Origin: Flavobacteriales bacterium | GTDB lineage: Bacteria > Bacteroidota > Bacteroidia > Flavobacteriales_F > PHOS-HE28 | DNA length: 64,000 bases | Direction: 5' to 3' | Assembly: GCA_020635725.1 (NCBI GenBank) | Contig: JACJZF010000001.1 | Span: 505,947-569,946, forward strand | Shown here: piece by piece, positions 45,904 through 56,334 of the stretch | Layout of the letters: each line of letters begins with the position of its first letter | Position numbering within the stretch: the first letter of the stretch is position 1 | Position numbers and translations under genes: made by a program | Notes under the pieces: model-generated | Database searches by the model: none | What the model was told of the DNA's origin: nothing | The model's input: the letters and a program-made list of their open reading frames with translations, nothing else

Positions 45904-48900
45904 ATGCGCACCAACGCCCTCTACGCCCTTACGATCGCCGCGCTGCTCTCGCACACCGCTTCCGCGCAGCATGCCGGAGGCCGTACCCTGCATTGGGTGG
46001 GCGGCAGCGGTCACTGGTCCGATGCGGAGCACTGGAGCCTGCAAGCGCAAGGCGCGGGTGGTGCGGCGGTACCGGGCCTGGCGGACAATGCGGTCATCGC
46101 TGCGGATGCGGAGCTGACACTGGTGATCGATGGAAGCGCGCGCTGCCATGACCTGCAGGTGGATGCGCGCGCGGGCTTCGTGCGCGTGCAAGGCGATGAA
46201 CGCGCGGAGCTGCGCGTGCTTGGCGATTGGCGCATGCAGGGCAGCATCCATTGGGACCTGCGAGGCCGTGTGCGTCTGATGGGCGACGCGGCAGGCTTGG
46301 TGGTGGATACGCGCGGCATCCCGCTCGCCGGGCAATTGACCTTCGATGGTGCGGGTTCGTGGACGCTGATGAGCGACCTGCTCCTCCGCGAGGGCGACAT
46401 CACCTTCAAGGAAGGGACCGTGCATTCCGCAGGAGGTCTGCTGACGGCGCGCACCTTGTGCAGCGAAGGCCGCGCACCGAAACAGCTGATGGCGGGCAGC
46501 GGCCTGGTGCAGCTGGCGCAAAGGCCAGAGGCTGGTGTGCTGGAGCGCACCGTGAACGCGCAGGACGCGATCCTTACCGTTGGTGGTGAGCCCACGGACT
46601 GGCCGCAGCGCCCGGTCATGGAACGGGATGCGCGTGATGTGAACGTGTGCGCCACCGGCGCGGGGCAGACACCCTTCACCGCAACCACCAGCGCCCTCAG
46701 CAACTACAGCGGATTCAATGTGCGCTGCCGCGGCGAATGCAACGCCACGGTGACCGTGAACGTGGCCGGTGGCATCGGCCCGTTCACCTATTCATGGCTA
46801 TTCGGAGGTCCGGCCACGCAGACCTGGACCACGGCCTGCGGTGGGCCACAGATTGTGGTGGTGACCGACCAAGGGCAGGGCGTTAGCTGCGGCGTGACGC
46901 TGAACGTGACCGAGCCGAGCCCGCTGGGCGTGATCTTCTTCGGCCAGGGAACGCCGCCCACCTGCGCCGATGTGTGCAACGGAACTCGCACGGCATTGGC
47001 GATCGGAGGCGTGACACCGCATACCTATAATTGGAACAATGGCGCGGGTTCGGGTTCCTCCTTCAACCAGCTGTGCGCCGGGGTGAATTCGCTGCGGATC
47101 ACCGATGCGAACAACTGCACCTTCGACACCACCTTCACCTTCAACCTGCAGCCCATCTCGCCCGGGCTCACCTTCACCAGCAACAGCTGCTTCGGCGATT
47201 GCAACGGCACGGCCACGGTGAATCCCACCGGTGGAACAGCGCCCATTTTGGCCACCTGGAGCCCGGCGCCCGGCGGCGGGCAGGGCACCTACAACGCCAC
47301 CGGCCTGTGCGCGGGCAATTACACGGTGCTGCTTTCCGACGCGAACGGCTGCGATACCACCGTCGCCTTCATCATCACGCAGCCGCCCCCCATCCTGCCC
47401 AACGCTCTTGTGACGAACGCGACCTGCTTCGGTGCGTGCGACGGAGCGGCTACTGTTACGCCTTCCGGCTCGCCGGGTCCCTTCGATTACAACTGGACAC
47501 CCTCGCCCGGCGGTGGCCAGGGCACAGGCTCGGCCACCGGCCTCTGCGCAGGCAATTACACGGTGCTGATCACCGACCAGGTGAGCGGTTGCGACACCTT
47601 GGTGCCGATCCTGATCGATGCGCCTCCATCCATCGATATCCAAGGAACCGTAACCGACGCCAGCTGTTCCAATACCTGCGACGGCGAGATCGGCATCGTG
47701 GTCAACGGTGCCGTGCCTCCGTTCACCATCACGTGGTCGCCGGCACCGCCTAGCGGCCAAGGGACCCAAGCCATCAGTGGCCTTTGTCCAGGTGATTGGA
47801 GCTGCACCTTCACCAATTCCAACGGCTGCGACACCACGGTGACCTTCACCGTGAACGCGCCGCCGCCCTTGGTCGCCTCGGTGCAGACCACCGATGTGAC
47901 CTGCGCGGGTGAGTGCGACGGCATGGCCACGTGCCCAGCGGTGACCGGCGGAACAGCACCCTACGCGTTCCTGTGGTCTCCTGCGCCCGGTTCCGGACAG
48001 GGAACCGATACTGCCCAGGACCTCTGCGCCGGCAACTACACCGTGCTCATCTACGATGCGAACGGGTGCGATACCACCATCGCCTTCGTGATCAACGAGC
48101 CGCCACCGTTGCAGGTGGTGCCGAGCCAGACCAACGTGACCTGCGGCGGCCAATGCGATGGCACGGCGAGCGTGCTGGTCTCCGGCGGGGTGCCGACCTA
48201 TACCTATCAATGGACCCCTGAGCCGGGTGGCGGGCAAGGCACGGCCAACGCCACCGGCCTCTGCGCGGGAGCGTATTCCGTGCTGATCACCGATGCGAAC
48301 GGATGCACCTTCACGCAGCCATTCATCATCCTGGATGCCGTGGCGCTGCAGATCTCGTTGCAGGTGCTGCCCGCGAGCTGTCCGGGTGATTGCGATGGCT
48401 CGGCTGGTGTGATCGTCACCGGAGGACAAGCGCCTTACAGCTACAATTGGCAACCGGCACCGGGTGGTGGCCAGGGCACGCCGAATGCCACCGGCCTCTG
48501 CGCGCAGGCCTATTCGCTCACCATCACCGATTTCCTCGGCTGCGACAGCACCATCGCCTTCACCGTGCCTGCGCCGCCACCGATCATGGTGTCGAGCACA
48601 TTGAATGAGCCCACGTGCAGCGGCGATTGCGATGGCACGATCGACCTGGTGGTCTCCGGTGGGAATGGCGCCTTCACCTACAGTTGGTCGCCGCCCCCCG
48701 GCAGCGGACAGGGAACCGCCAATGCGGGCGGGCTCTGCGCGGGCAGCTATCAAGTGGTGATCGCGAGCGGTGCGTGCGACACCACGCTCACCTTCCAGCT
48801 CACGGCCCCGCCGCCCATCGATGCGGCGCTGACCACTACCGACCCCAGTTGCGCGGGTGCGTGCGATGCCACGGCGAGCCTTTCCGTCTCGGGAGGAACG

Positions 48901-51900
48901 CCGCCCTACGGTTATGTATGGGCGCCTGCTCCCGGCGGCGGCCAAGGAACGCCCGATGCGGTTGACCTCTGCCCGGGCAACTACACGGTGCAGGTGACCG
49001 ATGCGGCAGGCTGCGACACGCTCATCGCATTCGTGATCAACGATCCGCCGCCGATCACCGTGGATCTGGAGACCACGCCGGCGAGCTGCGGTGGGGCATG
49101 CGACGCAACAGCCACGGCCACGGTTACCGGCGGCGTGCAGCCCTACACCTACGATTGGCAACCAGCGCCGGGCGGCGGGCAAGGAACGCCCAACGCCACG
49201 GGCCTCTGCCCAGGAGCATACGTGCTCACGGTCTCCGATGCGAACGGATGCACGGTGGATCTGCCCTTCACCATCAGCACGCCATCGGGGATCGATGCCC
49301 AATTCACCTCCACACCAGCGAGCTGCGGGAACAATTGCGACGGCACGATCAATGTGGTGGCGAGCGGCGGGATCCAACCCTATACGTGGACCTGGTCGCC
49401 GGAGCCGGGCGCGGGGCAGGGCACGCCGAATGTGAGCGGATTGTGCCCCGGCACCTACACGCTGCAGATCACCGATGCCGCGCAATGCGATACCGTGATC
49501 CAGGTGCTCATCACCTCGCCGCCGCCCATTGTCCCGAACGGCAGCTCCACCGATGAGACCTGCAACGGACCATGTGACGGCACCGCTACGGTGAATCCCT
49601 CGGGCGGGCAGCCGCCGTTCAGCTTCGTCTGGAATCCCGCGCCACCTGTGGGCCAGGGCACCAACAGCGCATCGCTCCTGTGCCCGGGCCTGTGGAGCGT
49701 GACCATCACCGATGCGATCGGCTGCGACACCACCATCACCCTGGAGGTGATGCCCAAGGACCCCATCGTCGATGGCTTGGTATGGACCAACGCCACCTGC
49801 CCGAACGCCTGCGACGGCACGGCCAGCGTGAACCCCACAGGCGGCATTCCTCCGATCACCGATATCCTGTGGATTCCTGATCCCCCCGTCGGACAGGGCA
49901 CTCCGAACGTGAGCGGCCTCTGCCTCGGGTCGTGGGAAGTGCGCGTATTCGACTCGGTGGGCTGCTTCAGTTCCACCACCTTCTTCGTGAGCGCGCCGCC
50001 GCCTTTCCAGAGCGGCTTGGTGACCACCCCGGAGACCTGCGACGGACCATGCACGGGCACCGCTACCGTCACGCCCTCGGGCGGCACGGGCAGCATCGGG
50101 GTGTTCTGGGATCCGCCTCCTGGTGGCGGTCAGGGCACCACGGCGGCCACTGGTCTTTGCGCCGGCATCACCTACAGTGTCACGCTCACCGATGACAGCG
50201 GATGCGATAGCACCTTCACGTTCACCATTGATCCGTTCGCGGCTATCGTGCCCAATAGCAGCAGCACGCCGGTGAGCTGCTTCAACGTGTGCGATGGCAC
50301 CGCAATGGTGAGCCCTACTGGTGGAGTTGGGCCGTATACCTACAGCTGGTCTCCCGAGCCTGGTGGCGGGCAGAACACGCCGCAGGCAACGGGCCTGTGC
50401 GCAGGCATTGCCACGGTTACCATCACCGACCTCAACGGATGCTCGATCGAAGCGGAGATCCTGATCGATGGGCCGCAGCCGATCCTGGACAATGCCACGG
50501 TGGAAGCGATCACCTGCGCGGGCACCTGCGATGGTTCGGTCACGCTCGCGGTCACCGGCGGTGTCGCCCCCTACACCTATCAGTGGACACCGGTGCCGCC
50601 CAACGGTCAGGGCCAGCCAACGGCGACCTCGCTCTGCCCCGGTAATTACACGGTGGTCGTCACCGATGCGGCCGGCTGTGCAGCGAGCTTCAGCTACGAC
50701 CTGTCCGCGCCGCCTCCCTTGGTGCTCTCGCTCACCCTCACGCCGAGCGAATGCCAGAACTGCATCGGCGCGGCATCGGTCTCGATCAATGGTGGCGCGT
50801 TGCCCTATGGCATCGAATGGCTTGGCCCTGGTGGTGCGGTCATCGGCACGGACCCGGACATCATCGATCTGTGCGCAGGGCTGTACAGCGTGCGGGTCAC
50901 CGATGGCAACGGTTGCATCGCACAGCAGGCCGTGGTGATCACGGATTCCGATGGCGAGGCGATCACCACCACCGATGGCACCACCGGCTGCCCGAACACC
51001 TGCGACGGCGCTGTGAGCGTGAGCTTCACCTGTTCCGATCCGCCCTGCGTGATCGCTTGGAGCGACGCGCTGGGCAATGATCTCGGCCAGAGCGGCACTG
51101 CGTTGAGTGGCCTCTGCCCCGGCGACTACCTCGTGAGCGTGACGAATGGCTCGGGCTGCCTGAGCATCGATACGGCAACGGTGGTGGCGCCGCCGCCGAC
51201 CACCTTGCTCATCAGCAGTTCGCCCGTGAGCTGCGCCGGTGCATGCGATGGCGTGGCCACCGTGGGGGTCAGCGGCGGGATACCGCCGTACCAATTGACG
51301 TGGACACCAGCACCCGGCGGCGGTCAAGGCACGCCGCAGGCCACCGGGCTCTGTGCCGGAGTGTACGAGGTGCTCATCAGCGATGACGGCGGATGTGATA
51401 CCACCGCGCAGGTCTTGATCACGGAGCCTGGCCCCTTGGTCACCGGCGCGATCGTGCTCGGTGTCTCCTGCTCGGGGCAATGCGACGGCAGCGTCACGCT
51501 GGCCATCGATGGCGGCACACCGCCCTATGCGGTGATCTGGTCGCCTGTTCCGCCGAGCGGGCAGGGCGTGCCGGGCGCGTTCGGCCTGTGCGCCGGCGAT
51601 TGGACCGCGACCATCACCGATGCCAACGGCTGCACCTTGGTGGAGACCTATGCCATCGCGGAGCCGCAGCCCTTGCTCGTGAGTGTGAACACCACGCCGA
51701 GCACCTGCCCCAATTGCGACGGCCAGGCCGAAGCGATCATCAGCGGCGGTACCCAGCGCTACGACGTGAGCTGGACCTTGGGCGCCACGGTGGTGAGCAC
51801 CGATCCGCTGGCTACCGATCTCTGCGGCGGACTGTACCGGCTCACGGTGAGCGACGCCAACGGCTGCTCGGTGACGCAGGCCGTGCAAGTGCCCGATGGC

Positions 51901-54900
51901 AACGCGGAAGTGCTGACGCCGCAGAACGGGCAGACCACCTGCGCGAATAATTGCGATGGCACCGTGGGCGTGAGCTTCACCTGCACTTCGCCGGCGTGCA
52001 ACGTGGTGTGGACCGATAGTGACGGCAATGTCATCGCCACCAACACCCCGACCGTATCGAACCTGTGCGTGGGCGTGTACACCGCTCAGGTCACCAACGG
52101 GAGCGGCTGCGTGAGCTTCATCGATGCGGAGGTGCTGCCATCGCAATCGATCATCCCCAACCTGAGCAGCACGCCTGCGAGCTGCTTCGGGCTCTGCGAT
52201 GGAACGGCCACGGTGAATCCGGTAGGCCTCACGGGCACGCCGACCTTCACGTGGTCGCCCGAGCCCGGTGGCGGGCAGAACACGGCGCAGGCCACGGGGC
52301 TGTGCGTCGGTGTGTACACCGTGCTGATCGCCGATGCGACCGGATGCGATACGCTCGTGCAGGTGCTCATCACCGGTCCGGATGAGATCGCGATCGATGG
52401 CATCGTTCAGGATGTGACATGCCAAGGCGCGTGCGATGGCGCGGTGGATGCCGTGGTTTCCGGCGGAACGGCACCTTATCTCTATGACTGGTCGCCGGCG
52501 CCCGCTCTCGGCCAGGGCACGCCCAACCCGCGCGGGTTCTGCGCCGGCCCGGTGACACTGATCATCACCGATGCGAACGGATGCACCAGCCAGCAGGTCT
52601 TCGACATCGCCGAGCCTGCCTTGCTCCAGGCCGCGTTGAGCACCACGCAGAGCCAATGCAACATCTGCAATGGCACGGCCTCGGTCGCGGTGAGCGGCGG
52701 CACGCAACCCTACTTCGTCACGTGGTACCACGGCGCGAGCGTATTGGGCACCGGCGAGAGCATCGCGGGCCTCTGCGCGGGCTTCTACACGGTCAACATC
52801 ACCGATTCCGCGCTCTGCTCGCTGGTGCAAACCGTTGTGATCAGCGACATCGACGGTGAGGAGCTCACCGCGACGGATGATGTCACCAGCTGCCCTGGCG
52901 CATGCGATGGCGAGGTGAGCGTGTCGTTCAACTGCCAGGATCCGCCTTGCCAGGTGGCGTGGTTCGACGCGGGCGGCAACGATCTGAATGAGCCCGGCAA
53001 CGTGCTGGGCGCCCTGTGCGCGGGCTTGTACTTCGCGCAGGTCACCAATGCATCGGGCTGCGTCAGCATCGATACGGCCTTTGTCACCGAGCCCGATCCG
53101 ATCGTGCCCAACCTGAGCACCACGCCCGTTACGTGCGCGGGTCTCTGCGATGGCACGGCTACCGTTGGCCCATCCGGCGGCATGCCCGGCTACACCTTCT
53201 TGTGGAGCCCCGGCGGCGAGGACACGCCGCAGGTCACCGGGCTGTGCGCGGGGACTTACAGTGTCACCATCGGTGACATGGCAGGCTGCTCCATCGTGGT
53301 GGATGTGCTGATCACCGGCCCGCAGCCGCTCACGGCCAGCGAGACCATCTCGCCCATCACCTGCAACGGCGCATGCGATGGCGCCATCACCGTGGTGCCC
53401 GGCGGAGGAACGCAGCCATACACCTATAGCTGGTCACCGCCGCCACCGGGCGATCCCACGCAGCCCACGGTCATTGATCTGTGCGCAGGTGATTGGTCTG
53501 TGACCATCACCGATGCCAACGGCTGCGACACCACCATCACCTACACCTTGGTCGATCCGGAAGTGCTGGATGCCCAGCTCAATACCACGGACAATGCGTG
53601 CTTCGGCGATTGCCAGGGCACTGCGGCGCTCACCCTCAGCGGGGGCGTGCCTCCGTATGGCATCACCTGGTTCAACAGCCTGGGCGCGGTGATCTCGCAA
53701 GACATGACCGATATCGCCGATCTGTGCGTGGACGATTACAGCGTGGAAGTGGTGGATGCCAACGGATGCACCGTGACCCTGCCCTTCAGCATCGGGCAGG
53801 GCCCGGCGATCGAGGCCAACCTCACCTTCACCGGCGAGACGTGCTTCGGCCCCTGCGACGGCACGGCATCGGTCTCTCCGAGCGGCGGCATCGGCACCTT
53901 CATCATCGAATGGCGTGATGCCGATGGCAATCTGATCGCGCTCGATGTGACCGATGTGACCGGCCTGTGCGCCGGGGACCATTCCGTTACCATCATCGAT
54001 CAGCTGGGGTGCGACAGCACGTATGCCTTCACCATATTGCCGTACACCGCGATCGCCGATGGCGCCACCGTGACCGATGTGCGGTGCAATGGTGCCTGCG
54101 ATGGAAGCATCGTCTTGAGCGCCACCGGTGGCGTTGGACCGTTGAGCTATGATTGGAACCCGGTTCCGCCCAATGGCCAGGGCAATGCGGAGGCTACCGA
54201 CCTCTGCCCCGGCACGTACAGCGTGACGATCACCGATGGCGCGGGCTGCGGCGCTTCCTTCTCCTACACCATCAATGAGCCCAGCGCGATCACGGTAACG
54301 GTTGATGCGGTGACCGATGCGAGCTGCGCGAACGCAATGGATGGCGCGATCAGCATCACCGCTGCCGGCGGCGTCCCCGACCTGGGCTTCGCTTGGTCTG
54401 GGCCAGGCGGATTCAGCTCGTCGGCGGAGGACCTAACGGGTATCGCGCCAGGCGCCTATGTGCTCACGGTGACCGATGGCAACAACTGCACGCTCACGGT
54501 GCCGATCACGGTGAACGCGCTCTCTACCGTTCAGGCCGATGCCGGTGCCGATGTGACCGAGTGCGCCGGTGTGGACATCACCTTGGATGGAAGCCTGAGC
54601 ATCGGTGCGCTCACCTATCAGTGGCTCGATGACCAAGGCAACGAAGTGGGCACCGCGCCGACCGTGGCACTATCGGGGTTGACCGCAGGCGTCTACGTGT
54701 ACACGCTCAATGTGGCCGACGGACCCTGCACTTCCACGGACCAGGTGACCGTGACGGTGCTGGACCTGCCACTGGCAGACGCGGGCAATGACCAGACGAT
54801 CTTCCTAGGCGATTTGGTGACCTTGGGCGGCGCGCCCACCGCGCCTTCGGGCTCCACCATCTACTGGCAGCCCGATTCACTGGTGAGCGACGCCGCGAGC

Positions 54901-55275
54901 GCGAATCCCACCACCTCGCCGCTGGTCACCACCTGGTACAGTGTGCTGATCACCTCGCCCAACGGCTGCGTGTCACTCGATTCCGTGCTCGTTACCGTGG
55001 TGCCCGAAGTGGTGATCCCCACAGGGTTCACGCCGAACGGCGACGGCTGGAACGAGACCTGGCAGATCGACTTCATTGACCTCTTCCCCGAATGCGAGGT
55101 CGAGGTCTACAACCGCTGGGGCGACCAGCTCTTCCGCAGCGTGGGTTATCAGAAGCCTTGGGATGGCAAGTACAACGGCGGCTTCGTGCCGGTGGGCACG
55201 TACTACTACGTGATCCAGCTCAACGATCCCAGGTTCCCAGAAGCATACACCGGCCCGCTCACCGTGATCCGCTGA
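45904..55275 (+). CDS. SprB-like giant cell-surface adhesin (3123 aa) with a T9SS type-B C-terminal domain
   Basis: More than 30 SprB-type repeats (C.G.CDG.A.V..SGG..PYTY.W.P.PGGGQGT..ATGLCAG.Y.V.ITDANGC). C-terminal FTPNGDGWNETWQI...VYNRWGDQLF...GTYYYVIQ. Confidence 0.85.
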   Translation: MRTNALYALTIAALLSHTASAQHAGGRTLHWVGGSGHWSDAEHWSLQAQGAGGAAVPGLADNAVIAADAELTLVIDGSARCHDLQVDARAGFVRVQGDERAELRVLGDWRMQGSIHWDLRGRVRLMGDAAGLVVDTRGIPLAGQLTFDGAGSWTLMSDLLLREGDITFKEGTVHSAGGLLTARTLCSEGRAPKQLMAGSGLVQLAQRPEAGVLERTVNAQDAILTVGGEPTDWPQRPVMERDARDVNVCATGAGQTPFTATTSALSNYSGFNVRCRGECNATVTVNVAGGIGPFTYSWLFGGPATQTWTTACGGPQIVVVTDQGQGVSCGVTLNVTEPSPLGVIFFGQGTPPTCADVCNGTRTALAIGGVTPHTYNWNNGAGSGSSFNQLCAGVNSLRITDANNCTFDTTFTFNLQPISPGLTFTSNSCFGDCNGTATVNPTGGTAPILATWSPAPGGGQGTYNATGLCAGNYTVLLSDANGCDTTVAFIITQPPPILPNALVTNATCFGACDGAATVTPSGSPGPFDYNWTPSPGGGQGTGSATGLCAGNYTVLITDQVSGCDTLVPILIDAPPSIDIQGTVTDASCSNTCDGEIGIVVNGAVPPFTITWSPAPPSGQGTQAISGLCPGDWSCTFTNSNGCDTTVTFTVNAPPPLVASVQTTDVTCAGECDGMATCPAVTGGTAPYAFLWSPAPGSGQGTDTAQDLCAGNYTVLIYDANGCDTTIAFVINEPPPLQVVPSQTNVTCGGQCDGTASVLVSGGVPTYTYQWTPEPGGGQGTANATGLCAGAYSVLITDANGCTFTQPFIILDAVALQISLQVLPASCPGDCDGSAGVIVTGGQAPYSYNWQPAPGGGQGTPNATGLCAQAYSLTITDFLGCDSTIAFTVPAPPPIMVSSTLNEPTCSGDCDGTIDLVVSGGNGAFTYSWSPPPGSGQGTANAGGLCAGSYQVVIASGACDTTLTFQLTAPPPIDAALTTTDPSCAGACDATASLSVSGGTPPYGYVWAPAPGGGQGTPDAVDLCPGNYTVQVTDAAGCDTLIAFVINDPPPITVDLETTPASCGGACDATATATVTGGVQPYTYDWQPAPGGGQGTPNATGLCPGAYVLTVSDANGCTVDLPFTISTPSGIDAQFTSTPASCGNNCDGTINVVASGGIQPYTWTWSPEPGAGQGTPNVSGLCPGTYTLQITDAAQCDTVIQVLITSPPPIVPNGSSTDETCNGPCDGTATVNPSGGQPPFSFVWNPAPPVGQGTNSASLLCPGLWSVTITDAIGCDTTITLEVMPKDPIVDGLVWTNATCPNACDGTASVNPTGGIPPITDILWIPDPPVGQGTPNVSGLCLGSWEVRVFDSVGCFSSTTFFVSAPPPFQSGLVTTPETCDGPCTGTATVTPSGGTGSIGVFWDPPPGGGQGTTAATGLCAGITYSVTLTDDSGCDSTFTFTIDPFAAIVPNSSSTPVSCFNVCDGTAMVSPTGGVGPYTYSWSPEPGGGQNTPQATGLCAGIATVTITDLNGCSIEAEILIDGPQPILDNATVEAITCAGTCDGSVTLAVTGGVAPYTYQWTPVPPNGQGQPTATSLCPGNYTVVVTDAAGCAASFSYDLSAPPPLVLSLTLTPSECQNCIGAASVSINGGALPYGIEWLGPGGAVIGTDPDIIDLCAGLYSVRVTDGNGCIAQQAVVITDSDGEAITTTDGTTGCPNTCDGAVSVSFTCSDPPCVIAWSDALGNDLGQSGTALSGLCPGDYLVSVTNGSGCLSIDTATVVAPPPTTLLISSSPVSCAGACDGVATVGVSGGIPPYQLTWTPAPGGGQGTPQATGLCAGVYEVLISDDGGCDTTAQVLITEPGPLVTGAIVLGVSCSGQCDGSVTLAIDGGTPPYAVIWSPVPPSGQGVPGAFGLCAGDWTATITDANGCTLVETYAIAEPQPLLVSVNTTPSTCPNCDGQAEAIISGGTQRYDVSWTLGATVVSTDPLATDLCGGLYRLTVSDANGCSVTQAVQVPDGNAEVLTPQNGQTTCANNCDGTVGVSFTCTSPACNVVWTDSDGNVIATNTPTVSNLCVGVYTAQVTNGSGCVSFIDAEVLPSQSIIPNLSSTPASCFGLCDGTATVNPVGLTGTPTFTWSPEPGGGQNTAQATGLCVGVYTVLIADATGCDTLVQVLITGPDEIAIDGIVQDVTCQGACDGAVDAVVSGGTAPYLYDWSPAPALGQGTPNPRGFCAGPVTLIITDANGCTSQQVFDIAEPALLQAALSTTQSQCNICNGTASVAVSGGTQPYFVTWYHGASVLGTGESIAGLCAGFYTVNITDSALCSLVQTVVISDIDGEELTATDDVTSCPGACDGEVSVSFNCQDPPCQVAWFDAGGNDLNEPGNVLGALCAGLYFAQVTNASGCVSIDTAFVTEPDPIVPNLSTTPVTCAGLCDGTATVGPSGGMPGYTFLWSPGGEDTPQVTGLCAGTYSVTIGDMAGCSIVVDVLITGPQPLTASETISPITCNGACDGAITVVPGGGTQPYTYSWSPPPPGDPTQPTVIDLCAGDWSVTITDANGCDTTITYTLVDPEVLDAQLNTTDNACFGDCQGTAALTLSGGVPPYGITWFNSLGAVISQDMTDIADLCVDDYSVEVVDANGCTVTLPFSIGQGPAIEANLTFTGETCFGPCDGTASVSPSGGIGTFIIEWRDADGNLIALDVTDVTGLCAGDHSVTIIDQLGCDSTYAFTILPYTAIADGATVTDVRCNGACDGSIVLSATGGVGPLSYDWNPVPPNGQGNAEATDLCPGTYSVTITDGAGCGASFSYTINEPSAITVTVDAVTDASCANAMDGAISITAAGGVPDLGFAWSGPGGFSSSAEDLTGIAPGAYVLTVTDGNNCTLTVPITVNALSTVQADAGADVTECAGVDITLDGSLSIGALTYQWLDDQGNEVGTAPTVALSGLTAGVYVYTLNVADGPCTSTDQVTVTVLDLPLADAGNDQTIFLGDLVTLGGAPTAPSGSTIYWQPDSLVSDAASANPTTSPLVTTWYSVLITSPNGCVSLDSVLVTVVPEVVIPTGFTPNGDGWNETWQIDFIDLFPECEVEVYNRWGDQLFRSVGYQKPWDGKYNGGFVPVGTYYYVIQLNDPRFPEAYTGPLTVIR

Positions 55276-55279
55276 AGCC

Positions 55280-56212
55280 ATGAAGAACATCCGCCTCCTT
55301 CTTCCGCTCGTCGCGATGCTCTGGGCGCTCCCCGGCCGGGCGCAGCAGTTGCCGCAGCTCACGCAATACGTCGCCAACGACTACCTCTTCAACCAGGCCG
55401 TAGCCGGCAGCCGTCCATTCTTCGAGCTGCGCAGCGGGCATCGCTACCAATGGGTGGGCGTGCAGGATGCGCCGCGCACCTTCACGCTTAGCGGCTCCAC
55501 CCCGCTGGGCGCCAAGATGGGCGTGGGCGGATACCTCTTCACCGACATCGTGGGCCCCACGCGCCGCACCGGCATCCAATTCTCCTGGGCCTATCACCTG
55601 CGCATCACGGGCGATGTGAAGCTCTCCATGGCGCTCTCCGGCGGACTGCTTCAGTTCCTGATCGATGGGTCGAAGATCCAGTTGCACGACCAGGGCGACC
55701 CCACGCTGGACAATCAGCTGCGCGGCGAGCTGAAGCCCGATGCCACCTTCTCTTTCCTCTTCTATCACCCCCGGTGGTGGGTGGGGGCCGCTGCCCCGCA
55801 GTTGCTCAACAACGAAGTGGTCTTCCTGCACGAGAACACCGGCACGCTCAGCCGCATGGACCGCCATTACTACGCCATGGGCGGCTATCGCCTGCCCATC
55901 GGCGCCGACCTGAAGCTGGAGCCCTCGTTCATGCTGAAGTACGTGGACCCCGTGCCCATGAAGGTCGACATCAACCTCACCGCCCGCTACAAGGATGCGT
56001 TCTGGATCGGCGCCGGATACCGCACCAACGATGCCTGGTGCGCCATGCTCGGGTACTGGCACAAGCAGCAGTTCCAGTTCGGCTATTCCTACGACGTGAT
56101 CACGAGCAACCTGCGCAATTACAGCACCGGTACGCATGAGGTGATGCTGGCCATCACCATCGGCCGCGGCCGGGCCGAAGCGGCTGCCGCGGCCTCGCCC
56201 ACGACGCCGTAA
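55280..56212 (+). CDS. PorP/SprF-family T9SS outer-membrane protein (second copy)
   Basis: QQLPQLTQYVANDYLFNQAVAG. Starts 5 nt after the SprB-like stop. Confidence 0.8.
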   Translation: MKNIRLLLPLVAMLWALPGRAQQLPQLTQYVANDYLFNQAVAGSRPFFELRSGHRYQWVGVQDAPRTFTLSGSTPLGAKMGVGGYLFTDIVGPTRRTGIQFSWAYHLRITGDVKLSMALSGGLLQFLIDGSKIQLHDQGDPTLDNQLRGELKPDATFSFLFYHPRWWVGAAAPQLLNNEVVFLHENTGTLSRMDRHYYAMGGYRLPIGADLKLEPSFMLKYVDPVPMKVDINLTARYKDAFWIGAGYRTNDAWCAMLGYWHKQQFQFGYSYDVITSNLRNYSTGTHEVMLAITIGRGRAEAAAAASPTTP

Positions 56213-56334
56213 GACACGGTTCGTCGGCCAAGGTGTGTCAATGGTCGACCACGCTTAGAGCAGCAAGCGATTCCGCTGGACGGAGGGGTGGCTTATCCGT
56301 ACCTTGTGCCCCCTTTTTACCCGACGGGCAGCTC

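Noticed and set aside
46798-52830. 2010-aa minus-strand ORF opposite the SprB-like gene
   Set aside because: It is an antisense artefact of a GC-rich, repeat-rich coding region. Its translation is low-complexity (R/A/G/H-rich). The plus strand has canonical SprB repeats, a signal peptide and a T9SS CTD-B.
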